Positions 30,201 through 37,229 of a DNA stretch of 62,928 nt are shown one piece after another. A model generated the notes under the pieces. The model was not told the origin of the DNA, made no database searches, and saw nothing but the letters and a program-made list of their open reading frames with translations. The stretch is from Verrucomicrobiia bacterium (GTDB taxonomy: Bacteria; Omnitrophota; Omnitrophia; Omnitrophales; Aquincolibacteriaceae), in assembly GCA_035495615.1 (NCBI GenBank), contig DATJFP010000089.1:1-62928 (forward strand), read 5' to 3'. The position numbers were made by a program, and so were the translations under genes. How positions within the stretch are numbered: the stretch's first letter is position 1; the number at the start of each line of letters is the position of its first letter.

Positions 30201-30527
30201 ATCGAGCTCGAGAGCTTCTCGATGCATCCGCAGTCGGTCCTTTACGTTTCCACTTACGGCGGGGTGCTGCCGCTTCCGCTGCCGATCGTGGGACGCCTGA
30301 ACCTGCTGCAAGACGCGGTGATCAAACGCTACAGCGTGGAAGACAAGATCGAAAAAGACGGGATCGCGGACACCTTCCGCATCGTGCCGAGTAAGGACGA
30401 CCTGGCGTCCATGCGCTCTATCGTGCGCATCAAGGTGACCGACGCCGCGGGCCAGGAAACGTGGCAGGAGCGTTCGATCGTGCTTTCGTCGACCGGCGCC
30501 ACCATTTTGACGGAGGCTGTCACCTGA
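24243..30527 (+). CDS. giant (2094-aa) multidomain surface protein
   Basis: TTG start and signal-like N-terminus. It has 4 cadherin-like/putative Ig repeats (e.g. FSLVSGPAGAEVSGHSLTWVPADDQNG) and a CarboxypepD_reg-like domain. These are followed by a Gly/Pro linker, a hydrophobic TM cluster, two canonical EF-hand loops and a C-terminal NHL/propeller-like region. GC3 bias supports this frame over the antisense ORF. Confidence 0.8.
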   Translation: MRVRLHFPRGGGFKRAISFFTVLLFTATSLLVVSPAELLAAPSVGSPIASPSSLVSNVATQLTVTTQITTAAGDPNVIKTSVYLYKLDAQNRIVRTYGPMKDDGTGGDAVANDNKFTFKGPFTETAPLRLQTSAAFERVVRRVYSPVVVVPISTNNPPPVFTSTAVTTATKQLGYLYEMTASDPNDAPETLVFSLVSGPAGAEVSGHSLTWVPADDQNGSFPVVVKVADPAGASATQSFNIAVQDLNLPPTIESVPATSARAGQEFLYDVDAFDPEGKPLRFSLQSAPPTGMTLDPATGLLRWTPGTAQTKKITVDATDPEGAFDEQSFNLTVYDGTPLQLTSPKGTYQVKAGETLTIPLQANLPKALFSADPLPDHSEVTPPSFIFKPDGGQAGTHTVLFEARAGEQHVGNVVTINVIKDAAVNAAPQLAAIPAQSVNEGASLSFVVSATDPDGDPLTFSAPGLSLPNAFFSQVTQQFIFNPSYQQAGVYPVTFQVSDGIETSQTVVAITVKDVAPPTTILKLVVDKTPNPTFNAALPITGNVTGQPGLPPPPETLRFVTGLSPAFTAAGETKQIDITATGTDFKQETTSASFGEGVAVQTLEILSPVTARATVKVDGNAASGPREVSMTDNGLDVPSLVAFSVGDGVTSVSGKVIDVFTTQPLAGAKVTINGTAFSTTTGADGKFNLVNAPTGDHTLLILRDNYTVGKVDLTLGAGQALDLADPIGLKALAVPFSLGGSLPRAATLASVLDRGVTNKNGNLTLEEARAVVQDTLLAVGGIEAGVLDESGAQLNPKIKGFGDLSLTQDGVTAQANSLIHGEVFTLEEFHSVLAGAFSFPLGFTLENFIQGLQKAVDEAWADPSNPDSAMAIVLFNEGTGLQATAPVLTAGTRLNRFQVFLLSTSFLVYNQTALANSVDEMLKANNIDADALMPPPRFPPPAGGASSGGSGGGGGLGGLGLVMLNFGMPDANAQAAPNNDSCKNTAQIPCNIGDLSARRTFTKVYRQIGANAIAEANTGGLFSAFIAMAMQAFIGFTIGMTGGVAGAVGGALVVAAAYAAGSAAILFNKLVMGWYVALVAASFEPPPPEGRNSALDDNGNYVINFNRSQAEFNQPKENPPNTLHKDLAYHLYRFPSCAPPNFGQAEFIPIEAKADPSSPQNEKDPPTGPLRFVVPKAMLKPGRNHFRIRSFQHLKNAKQPLVEGMELFDSNEDGLLTLDEFQRGGFGSHLAFNPLDKNADGKLDAAEFAKARRPDNLPQSVDLGGGLPQKNVSVAMGSIDITADKYKQRLPEVRDNIRQTVYDDEIKEVNQNLANLRKAQAQLVMPDKPFFDENVNAFKLTKDITDAAERQALQTLSVKGGDANAQGKVKAGQVAKQIFQKYYGVDPTAAQVKLVEETFETYRQVKVERANFESQYDALRDFTQKVYAVQRGESPEETVNLPTRRFPDRFGVAETKPFTITPANADAAEEALRQNHTFEFAVNRKSDPITSAGLVFEGGASSLAPGGQAEDEAFFPRRAGADLNIGNVNYELMREGMSLKTGLSNTELDTVMGTFKSDITETGLRSQALPQEIENEEFRLRNLQKLGELSRPLPSTEFPPGVSSTAPKIDRPAGLSPVFEGGVNGIVGTGGAVLGHSTTLVTFMDSIKVLGSEFSESCFETGSSAAAPTEIFPPPIEPYPFFGQANAVIRAFKISSKDGVFAVEYPGEHEVRMVAGTGFPPGGLTTDFLGRLYSVNMASAEKFGGRIFRFTINSTTGRGQFPLTRELMGAINYYSMMIQLARPANPVALVAGSSYLTQSETGTLVTTNDLYAADFDIIDGRKRILKIYTSLADTKPSYYAESKGNRNHLVGQDIVVDARLQLTGPTDMVMGPDPDNPVAQTGGDKMILISDENTIYAVLRTGASENYTLVPVISQFGRRWSGMAFDKQGRFYFADFERGDIYMMTWDKLRAAVLASKQSGQAFIDDDIRMAQNAYRIAANLVQPGDIELESFSMHPQSVLYVSTYGGVLPLPLPIVGRLNLLQDAVIKRYSVEDKIEKDGIADTFRIVPSKDDLASMRSIVRIKVTDAAGQETWQERSIVLSSTGATILTEAVT

Positions 30528-33500
30528 TGAGGACGCGCCTCTTCCACAAAAAATTTGCCGCTTTGCTGGGCGCGTGGCTTTTCCTGGCTGCTGCGCCGGC
30601 CTTTGCCGCGCAGATCACGCTCACCGGCGATGCCCAGAAGGGGCCTCTGACGACGGGCGATGACGGCAAGTTCACGCTCGTCAACGTGCCGCTGCGCAGC
30701 AACAGCGTGAACCGCTTCAAGGTGACGGCCAAGGACGGCAGCCAGGAGCAGAGCCAGGAAGTCCTGATCACGCAGATCAGCCTTCAGTCGGTCGTGGTTT
30801 CCAAGATCAAGTCCACGCCGCTCACGGTGCAGCAGATCGAGCAGCTGGTCAATGACGGCGTGATCGATATCGACGATCCGTCCAACTTCAACGTTTCCGT
30901 TTTTCAGATCGTGCTCACGATCGGCGGGCGCGAAGTCGGCATCGACGTTCCCATGGTCCGCGGCCTTCAGGAAGACATGGGGGAAGAAGACGTGGCGCCC
31001 AAGAGCGACCCGGGCGACGGAAGGTCGAACCCCAATCCGCCGGAAGTCGTGGTTTTCGAAGTCGAGCCTCCGCCGATTCCGGGCCAGCCGCCCGCGCCGC
31101 CGATTCCCGGCGTCCTCATCATCGAAGGCCGCATCAAGACGCTCAAGGAATTTTACAGCGTGCGCCTGCTCCTCATGAACACCTCCGGCATTTTCACGCT
31201 GCATGACGTGACCGCCAACATCGAATTTCCGGACGGCGGGCTTTCGAGCACGCTCCCGCAGGACGGCATCGTGCAGTTCGGTGACATCCTGCCCGGCGAC
31301 GGGGAAACGCCCGGCCAGAAAGAGCGCGAATTTATCATCCGCGGCGACGAGATCGGCGTGCGCGGCGTGAAAGTCAATTTCGGCGGCACCATCATCGGCG
31401 GCGGCATTCCGGACGACGTCATCATTCCGTTCAACGGCAGCGCGGACACGACGGTCGAAGTCAAAGGCCCGCCGGAATTCCGCGTGCAGGTCATCCATCC
31501 GCCCGCGGTCGTCCAGGACGTGCCGTATGAGCTTATCGTCGACATCCAGAACGTGGGCGATACGCCCGCGCTTTACACCAGTTTCGAGCTCGACGTGGGC
31601 GCGGACGGAAACCTGGTCGACTGCACGTACGACGAAGCGCTGGGCAATCCCGTGTGCCTGCCGATCGTAGGCAGCGCCGTGCGCAACATCGGGCACCTGA
31701 TGCCCGGAGAATCGACGCGGCAAAGCTTCATGATCAACCCGCACGTCACCGGCCCGATCACGTCCTGCATTGCCGTAGCCGACCAGAACATCGACCTGCA
31801 GGTCCATGTCGGCAACCAGGGGTGTATCGTGGGGCAGAGAAGCATCGCCAAATCCCCGGACGGAATCCCGACGATGTCGGTCCTTCCGGCCGCCAACGCG
31901 CTCGGCGTGGGCATCGACGCGCCGGTCGTCGCGATTTTCAACGAAAAGATGAACGAAAGCACGATCAATCTCTCGACGATCCAGGTGCTGGACGACCAGG
32001 GAGCCGCGGTTCCGGGCAACTTGCGCATCGTGCCTCTGGGCGACCACACGGCCGCGATCTTCCAAGTGCTCGACGGCATCACCAACCGTTGGAAAGGCAA
32101 CACGACTTATACGATCCAGATCAGCGACAACATTTTCGATCTCCAGGGCAACAAGCTCGTGAGCCCGTGGACCAGCGAATTCACGACGACCGACCCGACC
32201 AACGACATCACGCCGCCCACGGTGACGCTCTCGATCGAGCCGCCGGTGAATCCGTCGCAGGTCCTGCCCGGCCAGATCATCCGGCTGAACGCCTACGCTT
32301 CCGACCAGGGCACGCACGTCGCGCGCGTGGAGCTGCGCATGCAGGACACGGACGATGCCGTCCCTGCTTACGAGCTGATCGACCAAAAAACCGTTTTCCC
32401 CGAACAGAGCGGCCCGATTATTTTCTCCGTGGACTCCGCGAACCTGACCCCCGGCCACATTTATCAGTTCAAAGCCACGGCCTTCGACAACGTGGGCAAC
32501 AGCCAGAACGCGACGATCGCCGCGGTCATCGCGCAGAACGCGGCCGCGCCGACGGTCCAACTGCCGAACGATCCCGCGGCCCCCGTCCTGTACGGCATTT
32601 CACTCACGCTCGTCCCGGAAAATCTGACCGGCGGCGTCAAGCAGGTCGATTATTATCTCGACGCCGCGTCCACTCCCTTTGCAACGCTCACGGTTGCGCC
32701 TTACTCGGTGACCGTGGACACGCTCGGCAAAACCCTCGGCGCGCACACGATCCGCGCCGTGGCCACCGACGGCCTCGGGCAGACGGGCCAGGATGTTTTC
32801 GGCTTCCAGCTCGCGGCCAATCCCAACGAGCCCATCGTGGATTTCGGCGGCGCCATCGACGGGCAGCAATACGTGGTCGGCAAGCCGCTTTCGGTGAACG
32901 GCTCCGCGGCCGACCCTACGGGCATCCAGGGCGTCGCTTTCTTTTTGGACAATACGGCCGGAACGCCTGTCGCCCTGTCGACCGAACCCTTTGACCTGGA
33001 CACCACGGGCCTTTCGCTCGGCAATCACAAACTGATCTTCAAGGCCACGAACAAGGCCGGTGTTTCCAACGATCTCAACGATCCGGACTCGGTCCTCGAA
33101 TTCAAGGTCGTGGCCGAGCCGCCTCCGGGCCCGCCTCCGGCCGCGCCGCAGGTGACCAACATCACGTTTCCGGTGAACGGCCAGGTGACGCTTACCGGCA
33201 CGAGCGTGGCCAATGCCCGCATCGACATTTCGAACCTGACCCAGGGCACGCAGGAAAGCATTTTTGCCGACGGCGCGGGAGCTTTTCAAATCGCGCTCGC
33301 CGCCCAATCCGGCGACCAGATCCGCCTCATCGCTTTTAATCTGAGCCAGTCGCTGACCGGCAGCAATCCCACGAACGTCGTGGTGCCGGCGGCGCCGGTC
33401 CTCGACCACATCACGGTTTCGCCGTCGTCGCGGACCTTCACGGCCGTCAACGATTCCCAGGAGATCACGGTCACGGGTTTTTACGTGGGCGGCGCGCAGG

Positions 33501-36500
33501 CCAATATCACTTCGCAGGCCACGTTCTCTTCCAATAATACCGCGGTCGCCACCGTGAACGCCGACGGCCGCGTCGCGGACATCGCCAACGGAAATGCCCT
33601 GATCACGGCGACAGTCGGCACGAAGACCGCGCAGGTCAATGTGACCGTCAACATCGTGACGCTCACCGGCGTTTCCATCGATCCCACGAGCTTCACGCTT
33701 TTCGGCCTGAACAAGACGCGGCAGCTCAGCGTGATCGGCTCTTATTCCAACGGCAGCACGGCGCCGATTCCCGCGGGCAGCGTGGCTTTTGGTTCGACCA
33801 ACATTGCCGTGGCCGCGGTGAACGCGAGCGGCCTTGTCACTTCCATCAGCACGGGCAATGCCGTGATCAGCGCGTCCGTCGCGGGTTTTGCGCCGGCGCA
33901 GACTTCGGTCACGGTCGCTCCGATCGCGCCCACGGGCATCAGCGTGTCGCCGAACGCGATTCTCTTCACCTCGAAAGACGAGACGCGCCAGCTGGACATC
34001 ACCGTGAATTTCAACGACGGCACGACCGGTTCGCCGCAGAGCGCGGTTGACTACGATTCCGACCACACGGACGTGGCCACGGTCGATGCGAACGGTCTTG
34101 TGACCGCGGTCGCGAATGGCGATGCCACGATCACGGTGCAGCATCAGGGCTTTACCGCGGACGTGACGATCTCGGTCGACATCCCCGACGCCACCACGCC
34201 GCCGCCGGAGATCACGCAGCTTGACCGCGCGAAAGCCGGCGAAGGGGACATCTTCACGATCTTCGGTAAAAATTTCGCGGCCGTGCCCGGCGACAACCTC
34301 GTGCGCGTCAACGGCATCCAAGCCGTGGTCCAGTCCGCGCGCCAGGACGAGCTCGCCGTTGTCGTGCCCGCGGGCGCGACGAGCGGTCCCGTGAACGTCG
34401 AAGTGAACGGCAAAGTCAGCAATGACGCCGCGCTGGTCATCTATGGCAGGCTCGCCAAGAGCTTCCTCATCACGCCGGCGGTCGACGTGGCCGCTTCCGC
34501 GGGCGCGAAACTGCTTTTGTCCGGCCCGACGATCGACTTCCGCGCGGGGGACAAGGTTTACCTTTCGAGTGCGCCCGACGTGCTCGCGCCGCTCAGTTAC
34601 ACCGGCCAGCTGCGCGCACGCGTGGACGGCGGCGCTTTCTCCAACATTGGAGCTTCGGGCCAGGTCATCGAATTGACCTCGCTGCTCACCGCGGGCAGCC
34701 GGACGGTCGACCTCGATCTCGGCGAATCCGCGGGCAGGCACAAGACCGCGGCCATTTATCTCGTGGCCGGCCCGAACAATACGGGCGTGATCTCGGGCTT
34801 CCGCAGCATCATGGCCAACGGACAGAGCCGCTCGCAGGCCGTCACGATCCTGAATCTGACCGACCTCGCGGGCAATCCTTATCCGAACGGTTCCAAAGTC
34901 GCGGTGACCGTGGAAGCGCACTGCTTCCGCGACCGCAGCACCAGCGGCTGCATCGCTTCGCACGGCGGCTCGATCACGAACGGCGAGGGGAATTCGCCGG
35001 ACGGATTCGGCCTACGGGTCTTTACCGTGCAGAACCGCCGCATCGACGTGGTCTATGATCCGGGCAGCTCGGCGCCGCTGAACGCCTGGAGCCTGGACAT
35101 CTCGAACATTCAGGTTCTTCCGGCCAATTCGAACGGCAGCCGGACCTCCGACACGGCGCTGGCCTACACGCCGGTCACGCTGACTTCCTTTGAATCCGTG
35201 GGCACGACGCGCAGCCAGACCTCCGTCGTCGCCGACGGCCTGGAAAAAATCTTGACTGTCACGTTCACGGGCGCGCGCGACACCGCGGGCCAGCCCGTTC
35301 CCGACGGCACGCCTTTTGTCGTGACCGTGGAGCCGCATTGCTTCCGCGATGCGAGCAACAGCAGCTGCATCGGTTCCGCGGGCGGAAGCCTATTGAGCGG
35401 CGATGCTTCGCCGGACGGTTTCGGACTGCGCAGGCACGTCCTTGCCGGCGGGGAGGCCGAAGTCCAGTACAGCCCGGGAGGCACGACGCTTCCTTATCCC
35501 AACACGGCCATCGCGAACCTGCAGTTCCTGCCGTCGCGTCCCAACGGTTCGCGCATCGGCGACTATGCGTTCCAGTTCACGCCGGTCACGCTTTCGTCCG
35601 CCCAGTCGCCCACGGTCAGCTCCGCATCGTCGGTGTATGCGGACACGGGAGACAACCGCGTGATCGTCACGCTCAGCGATTTCAAGGACTCGCTCGGGAA
35701 TCCGGTGCCGGATGGAACGAAAGTCGTCGTGACGGCAGAAGCGCACTGCTTCCGCAACGCCTCGGACAATTCCTGCATCGGTTCGGCCGGCGGTGTCATC
35801 ATCAGCGGCACGAATTCTCCCGACGGCTTCGGCCTCAAGGTCCATGACATCCAGAACGGACAGACCCAGGTGACGTACAGCGCGCTGGGCGTGGGCATGC
35901 AGACGCTCAACTCCGGCACGGTGAACGTGCAGGTGCTGCCGTCGAGACCCAACGGCAGCCGCATCGGCGATTACGCGATCGTTGCCGTTCCTTTCGCGGC
36001 CGCGGGAGTGCAGGCGGCGATCTCTTCCGCGAATCCCACGGCGGTCGTGGCCGACGGCAGTTCCAAGAGCGTGACCATCACCCTGACCAACATTCGCGAC
36101 ACTTCCGGTAACGTTCTGCCCGATGGCGCCCAGGTGGTCCTCACCGCCGAAGGCCATTGCTTCCGCAATCCTTCCGACAACAGCTGCATTGACTCGCGCG
36201 GCGGTTTGATCACGACCGGGACGGCGTCACCCGACGGGTTCGGACTCAAGGTCCACGTCGTGTCCGGCGGTCAGATCACGGCCACGTACGATCCGTCTTC
36301 TGTCGCGCTGGAATTTCCGGACGTCCAGACCGCGCGGATTCAGGTGCTGCCGGCCAAGCCCAATGGCGGCCGCCTCGGCGATTATGCGTTTGCCGTCGTG
36401 CCTGTGGCCTTGTCTTCGATTCAGCAGGCGCAGGTTTCCGTGGTTCCGCCCTCGGTCTTCGCGGACAATAGCGCGAATCTTTCGGTGATCACGCTCAGCA

Positions 36501-37222
36501 ATATCAAGGATGCCGCGGGCAACAATGTCCCGAACGGCTCGAAGGTCGTGGCGACTGCGGGAGCATTTTGTTTCCGCAATCCCACGGACAATACATGCGT
36601 CGATTCCCGCGGCGGCGCCATTACGACTGGTACCGCTTCGCCGGATGGTTTCGACTTGAAAGCGCATACGGTCCAAAGCGGCAGCACGCAGATTACCTAT
36701 TCGGCCGCGCCCATCGCGCTCGAAGCGCGCGAGGCCGCGCTGGCCAACGTCCAGATTTTGCCCTCGCAGCCCAATGGCAGCCGCATCGGCAACAGGGCTT
36801 TCACGCTGGCGCCTGTGACGCTGGCGGGGTATCAATCCGCGGACGTTACGGGACCCGGCCAGGTCACGCCGGGCGGCACCGCGAGTTATGTTGTCTCCAA
36901 CATCCGCGACACTTCCGGCAATCTCGTACCCGACGGCGCGAAGGTTCTGGTGACGGCCTCCGCCGTCTGCTTCCGCGACCCGGAGACCAATAATTGCATC
37001 GGTTCCGCGGGCGGCGGGGTGACCAACGGCACGGCTTCTCCGGACGGGTTCGACCTCAAGGCCTTCGCCATCCAGGGAGGCCAATTCACGGTGCAGTTCC
37101 AGGCTCCGGCGGGCACGGGAGTTTCCGTATTGCAGCTCTTGCCCGGCAAGCCCGGCAACCAGCGCACCGGCAATAAGGCCTTCACCCTCAAATCGATTTC
37201 CGTGCAAAATGCGGGCGGGTAA
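30527..37222 (+). CDS. giant (2231-aa) Ig-repeat surface protein
   Basis: ATG overlaps the previous stop (TGATG). Signal peptide (AAAPAFA/AQ). Domains recognised: CARDB-like, SbsA_Ig-like, several bacterial Ig domains, four Big_2 domains (about 33.40-34.18 kb), an IPT/TIG domain and six C-terminal ~137-aa Cys-pair repeats. Confidence 0.85.
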   Translation: MRTRLFHKKFAALLGAWLFLAAAPAFAAQITLTGDAQKGPLTTGDDGKFTLVNVPLRSNSVNRFKVTAKDGSQEQSQEVLITQISLQSVVVSKIKSTPLTVQQIEQLVNDGVIDIDDPSNFNVSVFQIVLTIGGREVGIDVPMVRGLQEDMGEEDVAPKSDPGDGRSNPNPPEVVVFEVEPPPIPGQPPAPPIPGVLIIEGRIKTLKEFYSVRLLLMNTSGIFTLHDVTANIEFPDGGLSSTLPQDGIVQFGDILPGDGETPGQKEREFIIRGDEIGVRGVKVNFGGTIIGGGIPDDVIIPFNGSADTTVEVKGPPEFRVQVIHPPAVVQDVPYELIVDIQNVGDTPALYTSFELDVGADGNLVDCTYDEALGNPVCLPIVGSAVRNIGHLMPGESTRQSFMINPHVTGPITSCIAVADQNIDLQVHVGNQGCIVGQRSIAKSPDGIPTMSVLPAANALGVGIDAPVVAIFNEKMNESTINLSTIQVLDDQGAAVPGNLRIVPLGDHTAAIFQVLDGITNRWKGNTTYTIQISDNIFDLQGNKLVSPWTSEFTTTDPTNDITPPTVTLSIEPPVNPSQVLPGQIIRLNAYASDQGTHVARVELRMQDTDDAVPAYELIDQKTVFPEQSGPIIFSVDSANLTPGHIYQFKATAFDNVGNSQNATIAAVIAQNAAAPTVQLPNDPAAPVLYGISLTLVPENLTGGVKQVDYYLDAASTPFATLTVAPYSVTVDTLGKTLGAHTIRAVATDGLGQTGQDVFGFQLAANPNEPIVDFGGAIDGQQYVVGKPLSVNGSAADPTGIQGVAFFLDNTAGTPVALSTEPFDLDTTGLSLGNHKLIFKATNKAGVSNDLNDPDSVLEFKVVAEPPPGPPPAAPQVTNITFPVNGQVTLTGTSVANARIDISNLTQGTQESIFADGAGAFQIALAAQSGDQIRLIAFNLSQSLTGSNPTNVVVPAAPVLDHITVSPSSRTFTAVNDSQEITVTGFYVGGAQANITSQATFSSNNTAVATVNADGRVADIANGNALITATVGTKTAQVNVTVNIVTLTGVSIDPTSFTLFGLNKTRQLSVIGSYSNGSTAPIPAGSVAFGSTNIAVAAVNASGLVTSISTGNAVISASVAGFAPAQTSVTVAPIAPTGISVSPNAILFTSKDETRQLDITVNFNDGTTGSPQSAVDYDSDHTDVATVDANGLVTAVANGDATITVQHQGFTADVTISVDIPDATTPPPEITQLDRAKAGEGDIFTIFGKNFAAVPGDNLVRVNGIQAVVQSARQDELAVVVPAGATSGPVNVEVNGKVSNDAALVIYGRLAKSFLITPAVDVAASAGAKLLLSGPTIDFRAGDKVYLSSAPDVLAPLSYTGQLRARVDGGAFSNIGASGQVIELTSLLTAGSRTVDLDLGESAGRHKTAAIYLVAGPNNTGVISGFRSIMANGQSRSQAVTILNLTDLAGNPYPNGSKVAVTVEAHCFRDRSTSGCIASHGGSITNGEGNSPDGFGLRVFTVQNRRIDVVYDPGSSAPLNAWSLDISNIQVLPANSNGSRTSDTALAYTPVTLTSFESVGTTRSQTSVVADGLEKILTVTFTGARDTAGQPVPDGTPFVVTVEPHCFRDASNSSCIGSAGGSLLSGDASPDGFGLRRHVLAGGEAEVQYSPGGTTLPYPNTAIANLQFLPSRPNGSRIGDYAFQFTPVTLSSAQSPTVSSASSVYADTGDNRVIVTLSDFKDSLGNPVPDGTKVVVTAEAHCFRNASDNSCIGSAGGVIISGTNSPDGFGLKVHDIQNGQTQVTYSALGVGMQTLNSGTVNVQVLPSRPNGSRIGDYAIVAVPFAAAGVQAAISSANPTAVVADGSSKSVTITLTNIRDTSGNVLPDGAQVVLTAEGHCFRNPSDNSCIDSRGGLITTGTASPDGFGLKVHVVSGGQITATYDPSSVALEFPDVQTARIQVLPAKPNGGRLGDYAFAVVPVALSSIQQAQVSVVPPSVFADNSANLSVITLSNIKDAAGNNVPNGSKVVATAGAFCFRNPTDNTCVDSRGGAITTGTASPDGFDLKAHTVQSGSTQITYSAAPIALEAREAALANVQILPSQPNGSRIGNRAFTLAPVTLAGYQSADVTGPGQVTPGGTASYVVSNIRDTSGNLVPDGAKVLVTASAVCFRDPETNNCIGSAGGGVTNGTASPDGFDLKAFAIQGGQFTVQFQAPAGTGVSVLQLLPGKPGNQRTGNKAFTLKSISVQNAGG
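34820..37222 (+). repeat. six tandem in-frame ~400-417-nt repeats inside the giant gene
   Basis: The first Cys codon of motif (H)CFR(D/N)xxxxxC recurs at 34922, 35339, 35747, 36158, 36569 and 36968. Each unit also contains SPDGFGL(K/R) and (I/L)Q(V/I/F)LP(S/A)xPNGSR(I/L)G(D/N)(Y/R)AF. Confidence 0.9.
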
Positions 37223-37229
37223 AACTAAC

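Noticed and set aside
25734-30311. 1525-aa ORF on the - strand, plus similar long reverse ORFs at 2007-3725, 9532-11673, 12881-14311, 15201-16961, 19506-21014, 30329-32560 and 32600-34963
   Set aside because: All lie antisense to genes with clear family motifs. Their translations are Arg/Gly/Asp/His-rich low-complexity strings with no recognisable motifs, signal peptides or SD sequences. The G/C third-position bias follows the + strand frames. They are typical stop-codon-poor shadow ORFs of GC-rich DNA.
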